Positions 58,711 to 64,000 of a stretch of 64,000 bases of DNA are shown here, piece after piece. The stretch is taken from contig CAWBYI010000004.1 of NCBI GenBank assembly GCA_963793035.1, forward strand, positions 4,175 to 68,174, in the 5' to 3' direction. The DNA is from an uncultured Actinomycetes bacterium. Its GTDB lineage: Bacteria; Actinomycetota; Thermoleophilia; Gaiellales; Gaiellaceae. The notes below the pieces were generated by a model, which was not told the DNA's origin, did not search any database, and saw only the letters and a list, made by a program, of their open reading frames with translations. Every line of letters begins with the position of its first letter. Positions within the stretch are counted from its first letter, which is position 1. A program made the position numbers and the translations under genes.

Positions 58711-59208
58711 TTAGCGCCCGCCGCCGCCGAGGACGAGGATCGTGCTGGTCCCGTGGGCGTAGAGCTTGCCGGCCGCGTCCTCGACTCGCGCCTCGGTCGT
58801 CGCGACCGTGCGGCCCGGGTGGACGACGGTCCCCGTACAGCGAACCAGGCCCGTCTCCACGGTGATGGCCCGCGTGAAGTTGGACTTGACCTCGAGCGTC
58901 GTCCAGCCGGCCGGCTCGTCGAGGCTGGTGACAAAGGCGCAGCCCATGGCCGAGTCCATGAGCGTCATCGCCAGCCCGGCGTGGGCGATCCCGATCGGGT
59001 TGTAGTGGTACTCGGCCGGCTCGCACTCGAAGACGACGCGTCCGCGCTCGGCCTCCGAGAGCCGGAATCCGAGCGTCTCGGCGATCGGCGGCGGGGAGAC
59101 CTCACCGGCCACCATCAGCCGGATCAGCTCGAGCCCGGACTGCCCCGCCATGCGTTCGGCGAGAGCGAAGGGGTCGTCCCAGGAGTAGGTCCGCGTACGC
59201 TCGGTCAC
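58711..59208 (-). CDS. PaaI-family hotdog thioesterase
   Basis: 'PIAETLGFRL', 'NPIGIAHAGLAMTLMDSAMGCA' and 'GRTVATTEARV' are present. GTG start 59208. Confidence 0.8.
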   Translation of the reverse strand: MTERTRTYSWDDPFALAERMAGQSGLELIRLMVAGEVSPPPIAETLGFRLSEAERGRVVFECEPAEYHYNPIGIAHAGLAMTLMDSAMGCAFVTSLDEPAGWTTLEVKSNFTRAITVETGLVRCTGTVVHPGRTVATTEARVEDAAGKLYAHGTSTILVLGGGGR

Positions 59209-59218
59209 GGTCGAGACG

Positions 59219-60895
59219 CTAACGACCGACGGCGTAGCCCTGCATGCCCCGCGGGTTCGCGCCCGCCTTGAGCAGACCATCGGGCTCGCGCGCGACCGCG
59301 CTCACGCGCCCGAGCGACCACGCGGGCCAGAGCTGCACGTCGTGCCCGCGCTTCTGCAGGTCGGCCACCGTTCGCGAGCCGAAGCGCGCCTCGAGCGAGA
59401 GCGACCGCGGCGCGATCCCGCGCGGGTAGAACGACGAGATGAGGTGATCGGTGTGGAACTCCGGCGCGTCGATCGCCGCCTGCAGGTCGAGGCCGAGGTC
59501 GACGTGGCGCAGGAAGACGTGCAGCGCCCACTGTTCCTGCTGGTCGCCGCCGGGCGTCCCCCACGCCAGATACGGCTTGCCGTCCCGGAGCGCGAGACCG
59601 GGCGACAGCGTCGTGCGCGGCCGCGTGCCCGGCTGCAGGGAGGACGCGAGACCCTCCTCGAGCCAGAACATCTGCGCCCTCGTGCCGAGCGGCCAGCCGA
59701 GCGCAGGGATCACGGGCGAGCTCTGCAGCCAGCCACCGCTCGGGGTCGCGGAGACGACGTTGCCGAAGCGGTCCGCGACGTCGAGATGCACGGTGTCGCC
59801 GCGCGTCGGCTCGCCGGAGCCCGCGACGGCGACGGCCTCGCGGATGCGGGGGAAGCTACCGCGACCCGGCTGGACCTCCGCAGCCGACTCGTCCCCGACG
59901 AGGGCGCGGCGCTCCTCCGTGTACCCGGCCGAGAGCAGCGTGTCGAGCGGGACCTCCTCGGCGTCGCCGTAGAGGGCGTCGCGGTCGGCGAACGCAAGCT
60001 TCGCGCACTCGGTCACGACGTGGACGAACTCGGCCTCGGACAGCTCGGCAAGGTCGTACGCCTCGAGCAGCGCGAGCTGCTGGAGCGCCGCAGGCCCTGT
60101 CCCCCACGGGCCTGTCTTGCAGACCGTGAGCCCGCCGTAGTCGAGCATCGCCGGCGGCTCGAGCGTCGCCCCCCACGAGGCCAGGTCGTCGCCCGTGAGC
60201 AGGCCGCCTTCGGCCTCGCAGAAGCTCGCGATCTCCTCGGCGACGAAGCCCTCGTAGTACGCCTTCCGCGCGCGCTCGATCTCCTCCTCTCGGGAGCCGC
60301 CGCTGCTCTCGTCGACGATGCGTCGATACGTCGCCGCGAGCGCGGGGTTGCGGAAGAGCGCGCCTGCCGCCGGAGTCGGAAAGTAGAGCTCCGCCGAGCC
60401 GGGCCACGACTCGAGCAGCCCCCGGTTCGCCTCGATCGTCGCCGGGATGCGATCGACGAGGGGGTAGCCGTGCTCCGCGTATCCGATCGCGTACTCGAGG
60501 ACGTCGCCGATCCGCCACGTCCCGAAGTCGCGCAGGAGCAGGAGCCAGCCGCCGAAGGCACCGGGAACGCACGCCGCGAGAACGCCGGTGCCCGGGACGA
60601 GCTCGTGGCCGAGCTCCCGGTAGCGGTCGATCGTGGCAGCCGCGGGTGCGACACCCTGGCCGCAGAGGACGAGCGGCTCCTCCCGTTCCACGGACGAGAA
60701 GATCGCGGGCACCTCGCCGCCGGGCCCGTTCAGGTGCGGCTCGACGACCTGGAGGACGAACCCCGTCGCACAGGCCGCGTCGAACGCATTGCCGCCGCGC
60801 TCCAGCACCGACATCCCGGCCGCCGAGGCGAGCCAGTGCGTCGACGCGACCATCCCGAACGTGCCGCGGAGCTCTGGTCTCGTGGTGAACGTCAC
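59219..60895 (-). CDS. ggt: Gamma-glutamyltransferase family protein
   Basis: 'GMVASTHWLASAAGMSVLERGGNAFDAA' and autoprocessing-site region 'GDTVHLDVADRFGNVVSATPSGG' are present. The start is uncertain. The upstream part of the track ORF overlaps the divergent gene. Confidence 0.85.
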   Translation of the reverse strand: MTFTTRPELRGTFGMVASTHWLASAAGMSVLERGGNAFDAACATGFVLQVVEPHLNGPGGEVPAIFSSVEREEPLVLCGQGVAPAAATIDRYRELGHELVPGTGVLAACVPGAFGGWLLLLRDFGTWRIGDVLEYAIGYAEHGYPLVDRIPATIEANRGLLESWPGSAELYFPTPAAGALFRNPALAATYRRIVDESSGGSREEEIERARKAYYEGFVAEEIASFCEAEGGLLTGDDLASWGATLEPPAMLDYGGLTVCKTGPWGTGPAALQQLALLEAYDLAELSEAEFVHVVTECAKLAFADRDALYGDAEEVPLDTLLSAGYTEERRALVGDESAAEVQPGRGSFPRIREAVAVAGSGEPTRGDTVHLDVADRFGNVVSATPSGGWLQSSPVIPALGWPLGTRAQMFWLEEGLASSLQPGTRPRTTLSPGLALRDGKPYLAWGTPGGDQQEQWALHVFLRHVDLGLDLQAAIDAPEFHTDHLISSFYPRGIAPRSLSLEARFGSRTVADLQKRGHDVQLWPAWSLGRVSAVAREPDGLLKAGANPRGMQGYAVGR

Positions 60896-60974
60896 GCGCC
60901 GGAATCTACGTGGCCCGTACAGGGGGCCGTCGCGGAGGTCGCAATATGCGAGACGGCCGACGTAGGCTTCGCAC

Positions 60975-63032
60975 GTGCCGACCTGCCCGAACTGCGGCCA
61001 GGGGAATCCGGAAGGCGCCCGGTTCTGCAACGCCTGCGGCTCCGCGCTCGCGGACGCGGGACGTCCCGGCGAGGAGCGCCGGCTCGTATCGGTGCTCTTC
61101 GTCGACCTCGTGGGGTTCACGCCGCAGGCGGAGAAGCTCGACCCGGAGGACGTGCGAGCGATCCTCACGCCGTACTACGAGCGGGTGCGCGCCGAGCTCG
61201 AGGGCTACGGAGGCGTGGTCGAGAAATTCGTCGGCGACGCCGTGCTCGGGCTCTTCGGGGCGCCGACGGCCTACGGCGACGACGCAGAGCGGGCCGTTCG
61301 CGCCGGCTTCGGAATCCGGGACTGGGCGGAGCAGGAGGGTCTCCAGATCCGCGTCGCCGTGAACACGGGCGAGGCGATCGTCGAGCTGAACGCGCGGCCC
61401 GAGCTCGGCCAGGCGATGGTCGCCGGAGACGTCGTCAACACCGCCGCGCGACTCCAGTCCGCGGCTCCGGTCGGCTCGGTGCTCGTCGGCGAGGAGACGT
61501 ACGTCAGCACCCGGAACGTCATCGAGTACCGCCCCGCCCAGCCCGTGCTCGCAAAGGGGAAGAGCGCGCCGGTGAGCGCGTGGGTCGCACTGCGCCCGAC
61601 TTCGGCCGTCGGCGAGCGCCCGACGACGCCCGTGCCGATGATCGGCCGCGAGCGCGAGATCTGCGTCCTCACCGAGACATGGGAGCGCGTCGCGGGCGAG
61701 GGCCGTACGCACTTCGTGACGGTGTTCGGCCCGGCCGGGATCGGGAAGTCCCGCCTCGGCCTCGAGCTGGCCGAGCTCGTCGCGGACAAGGGCGGTCGGG
61801 TGGTTCGCGGACGCTCGACGCCCTACGGGGCGAGCGAGCCGTACAGCGCCTTCGCCCAGCAGATCAAGCAGGTTGCCGGCATCTTCGACAGCGACGAACC
61901 GGCCGCCGCGCGTGATCGGCTCGACGCCGGAATCGCGGAGCTCTCCGGCCCGGCCGCGGCGGAGGAGCACGCGCCGCAACTCGCGGTCCTGCTCGGGCTC
62001 GCGGGTGCGAGCGAGTCGGTCGACCGCGAGTCGCTCTTCTTCTCGGCGCGCGTCTTCGTGGAGTCGCTGGCGCTGAGCGGGCCGACACTGCTCCTGTACG
62101 AGGACATCCACTGGGCCGACGAGAGCCTGCTCGACCTGCTCGAGATGCTGGCGGCGCGGGTCCGCGAGGTTCCCGTGCTCTTCGTCGCGCTCGCACGGCC
62201 GGAGCTCCTCACCGACCGTCCGGGCTGGGGCGGCGGCCTCCCCGCGTACACGGCCCTCCCGCTCGAGCCGCTCACCGGCGCGTCGAGCCGGGAGCTCGCG
62301 GAGGAGCTCCTGGCCGAGGCGGGTCACACGACGGACGGAGCGCACGCGGTCGCCGAGACCGCGGACGGCAACCCGCTGTTCATCGAGGAGCTCGCGGCGG
62401 CGATCGCCGAGCGCTCGACCGCGGGCGAGCTGCCGACGAGCATCCGCGCGATCATCGCCGCGCGGCTCGACTCGCTCCCCGCCGCCGAGCGCAGCGTGCT
62501 CGTCGACGCGGCGGTCGTCGGCCGGGTCTTCTGGCGCGGCGCGCTCGCGCGTATCGCCGAGCGGGACGACATGAGCAGGCTGCTCGGGTCACTCGAGGAA
62601 CGAGACCTGATCCGGCGCGAGGCGGTGTCGCGCATCCGCGGCGACCAGCAATTCGGGTTCAAGCACGGGCTGATCCAGGACGTCGCCTACCAGTCGCTGC
62701 CGCGCGCCGCGCGCCGCGAGCGTCACGCGGCCGTCGCCGAGTACCTCGAGTCGACGACCGATGTCGGCCAGTCGCACGAGGCGCTCGGCCAGCACTGGCT
62801 CGAGGCCGGCGAGGCGAGCCGTGCCGTGGACCACCTCGTCGCCGCCGCCGACCAGGCGGCGCGGGGCTGGGCGAAAGAGCGCGCGCTCAAGCTGTTCGGC
62901 GAGGCGCTCGCGCACGTCGACGACAGCGACGCCCGCTACCGGCAGATCCGGATGCGCCAGGCGGTCACGGCGCAGGCGCTGTACCACTCGCGCGACGCGG
63001 CGCAGCTGCGCGGCGCCGAGCCCGGTGCCTAG
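60975..63032 (+). CDS. Zinc-ribbon + class III adenylate/guanylate cyclase + STAND/AAA ATPase protein
   Basis: 'CPNCGQGNPEGARFCNACG', 'VSVLFVDLVGFT...KFVGDAVLGLFG', P-loop 'VFGPAGIGKSRL', and helical C-terminal repeats. It is a paralog in architecture of 2411-4867. Confidence 0.85.
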   Translation: MPTCPNCGQGNPEGARFCNACGSALADAGRPGEERRLVSVLFVDLVGFTPQAEKLDPEDVRAILTPYYERVRAELEGYGGVVEKFVGDAVLGLFGAPTAYGDDAERAVRAGFGIRDWAEQEGLQIRVAVNTGEAIVELNARPELGQAMVAGDVVNTAARLQSAAPVGSVLVGEETYVSTRNVIEYRPAQPVLAKGKSAPVSAWVALRPTSAVGERPTTPVPMIGREREICVLTETWERVAGEGRTHFVTVFGPAGIGKSRLGLELAELVADKGGRVVRGRSTPYGASEPYSAFAQQIKQVAGIFDSDEPAAARDRLDAGIAELSGPAAAEEHAPQLAVLLGLAGASESVDRESLFFSARVFVESLALSGPTLLLYEDIHWADESLLDLLEMLAARVREVPVLFVALARPELLTDRPGWGGGLPAYTALPLEPLTGASSRELAEELLAEAGHTTDGAHAVAETADGNPLFIEELAAAIAERSTAGELPTSIRAIIAARLDSLPAAERSVLVDAAVVGRVFWRGALARIAERDDMSRLLGSLEERDLIRREAVSRIRGDQQFGFKHGLIQDVAYQSLPRAARRERHAAVAEYLESTTDVGQSHEALGQHWLEAGEASRAVDHLVAAADQAARGWAKERALKLFGEALAHVDDSDARYRQIRMRQAVTAQALYHSRDAAQLRGAEPGA

Positions 63033-63044
63033 TCGCTCGAGCGC

Positions 63045-63344
63045 CTAGGCCGGCGGAGGCTCGGTCAGCGGGAAGTCGTCGGGCGTCACGTCGCCGGCGA
63101 TCTCCCAGATCTGCTCGATGAAGTGGTCGCCGAACTGCCTGCCGTGCTCGCGGACCATCTCCTCGGAGGGAGCGACGTAGACGCAGTACGACTTCGGCGT
63201 GCCGTCCTCGGCGAGGACGACATGGCTGTGCTCCCACACGATCTCGGGGAAGCGGTAATGGCCGATGGACTTCGAGCGCGTCGCGACCGTCGGCAGCGTG
63301 TCGATGTCGACGGTGTACGTGCGCTCTACGAGGTACCGCGGCAC
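63045..63344 (-). CDS. DUF4242 family protein
   Basis: 'PRYLVERTY...VWEHSHVVLAEDGTPKSYCVYVAPSEEMVREH'. GTG start 63344. Confidence 0.7.
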   Translation of the reverse strand: MPRYLVERTYTVDIDTLPTVATRSKSIGHYRFPEIVWEHSHVVLAEDGTPKSYCVYVAPSEEMVREHGRQFGDHFIEQIWEIAGDVTPDDFPLTEPPPA

Positions 63345-63496
63345 GCGGCGATCCTCACAGATCGAGGGGCGCGAGTCCAGGCCGGCTCTTCGCCGAGCTG
63401 CTCGGGGGAAGCGCGCAGGAAGCCGCGCGTCGAACGCTTGGAAGTTGCTTGTGCGCGTCGTAACATTCTTCGGAGCGGTCGGAGGCCTTGCCGTCG

Positions 63497-63883
63497 ATGT
63501 CCGAGCACGCCACCATGTCACTCCGCGTCGGCCTTCCCGACGACGCCGACGCTGCCGAGCTCGATGAAGCTACGGCGCGTCTGCGACGCGATCTGCTCGA
63601 GCTCGACGTGGACAAGGTCGAGCGGGCGACGGGTGCGGAGGCGCCGCCCGGAACGAAGGCCGTCGAGACGATCCTCATCGGGACGCTGCTCGTCACGCTC
63701 GCAAAGAACGCCGGAGCGATCGGCGACGTCGTCAAGGCGGTGCAGGGCTGGCTCGGCGATCGGCCGGGCCGCACGGTCAGGCTCGAACTGGACGGCGATG
63801 TGATCGAGCTGTCGAACGTGTCCTCGGCAGAGCAGAAGCAGTTGCTGGACGTCTGGATCGAGCGGCACTCGAAGCGCGCGTGA
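63497..63883 (+). CDS. EACC1-like small protein (effector-associated constant component)
   Basis: 'MSLRVGLPDDADAAELDEATARLRRDLLELDV...PPGTKAVETILIGTLLVTLAKNAGAIGDVVKAVQGWLGDRPGRTVRLELDGDVIELSNVSSAEQKQLLDVWI' matches the pattern I recall for EACC1. That pattern is an acidic N-terminus, P.G.K, a hydrophobic segment, W, then 'V.L..dG..i.L'. Start is 63497 or 63515. Confidence 0.5.
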   Translation: MSEHATMSLRVGLPDDADAAELDEATARLRRDLLELDVDKVERATGAEAPPGTKAVETILIGTLLVTLAKNAGAIGDVVKAVQGWLGDRPGRTVRLELDGDVIELSNVSSAEQKQLLDVWIERHSKRA

Positions 63884-64000
63884 GCGACGGTGCCCGCAGA
63901 GCGCTCGTCGTCTCCTGCGACAGGTACGAGGACTCGAAGCTGCGCACGCTTCCGGCAACGAGCGCCGACGCAGACGCGATGGCACGCGCTCTCGGCAACC
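63880..64000 (+). CDS. Caspase-like (peptidase C14) protein, 5' fragment only (runs off the right edge)
   Basis: The GTG overlaps the EACC1-like stop (GTGA). 'VSDGARRALVVSCDRYEDSKLRTLPATSADADAMARALGN' matches the typical start of bacterial caspase/orthocaspase domains (ALliG...Y.d..l..L......Da..la..L). Confidence 0.5.
   Translation, partial: MSDGARRALVVSCDRYEDSKLRTLPATSADADAMARALGN

Overview
The window is about 70% GC and has an Actinomycetota-like gene content; my guess of Thermoleophilia/Rubrobacteria type is weak. It is mostly chromosomal core. Nearly every gene from about 27.8 kb to 53 kb lies on the minus strand.

Recognisable blocks:
- rsfS-nadD-obg-rpmA-rplU next to tRNA-Ala(GGC) and RNase E.
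- A complete rod-shape cluster, mreB-mreC-mreD-mrdA-rodA, followed by two uncharacterised genes.
- maf, a methyltransferase, ndk, a PLDc_N/zinc-ribbon membrane protein and folC.
- valS, ggt, sucA, hmgA, and a CUT2-type sugar ABC transporter.

Accessory-looking content sits at both ends:
- Left end: a heavily broken PLD-helicase-DUF3427 gene and a cyclase-STAND-TPR protein.
- Right end: a second cyclase-STAND protein, then an EACC1-like small gene translationally coupled to a caspase-like gene that runs off the window.

Most notable observations:
1. A TlpA/ResA-like lipoprotein has an in-frame TGA exactly at the first Cys of its CxxC motif, followed by a SECIS-like GGUC hairpin. It is a candidate selenoprotein.
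2. The EACC1 plus caspase conflict-system fragment lies at the right edge.
3. About 25 single-nucleotide frameshifts are present, mostly in short homopolymers. They hit essential genes (valS, sucA), which points to assembly error rather than decay, except perhaps for the helicase.
4. A REP-like palindrome family abuts (within 0-5 nt) or overlaps the TAG stop codons of three minus-strand genes.
5. An RHH / micro-ORF / DUF4097 operon appears to have a leaderless promoter overlapped by direct repeats.
6. An RnfD-like membrane domain is apparently fused to an FG-GAP/ASPIC protein.

I saw no rRNA, CRISPR array, transposase or integrase. Many long ORFs in the supplied track are GC-driven antisense or alternate-frame artefacts.
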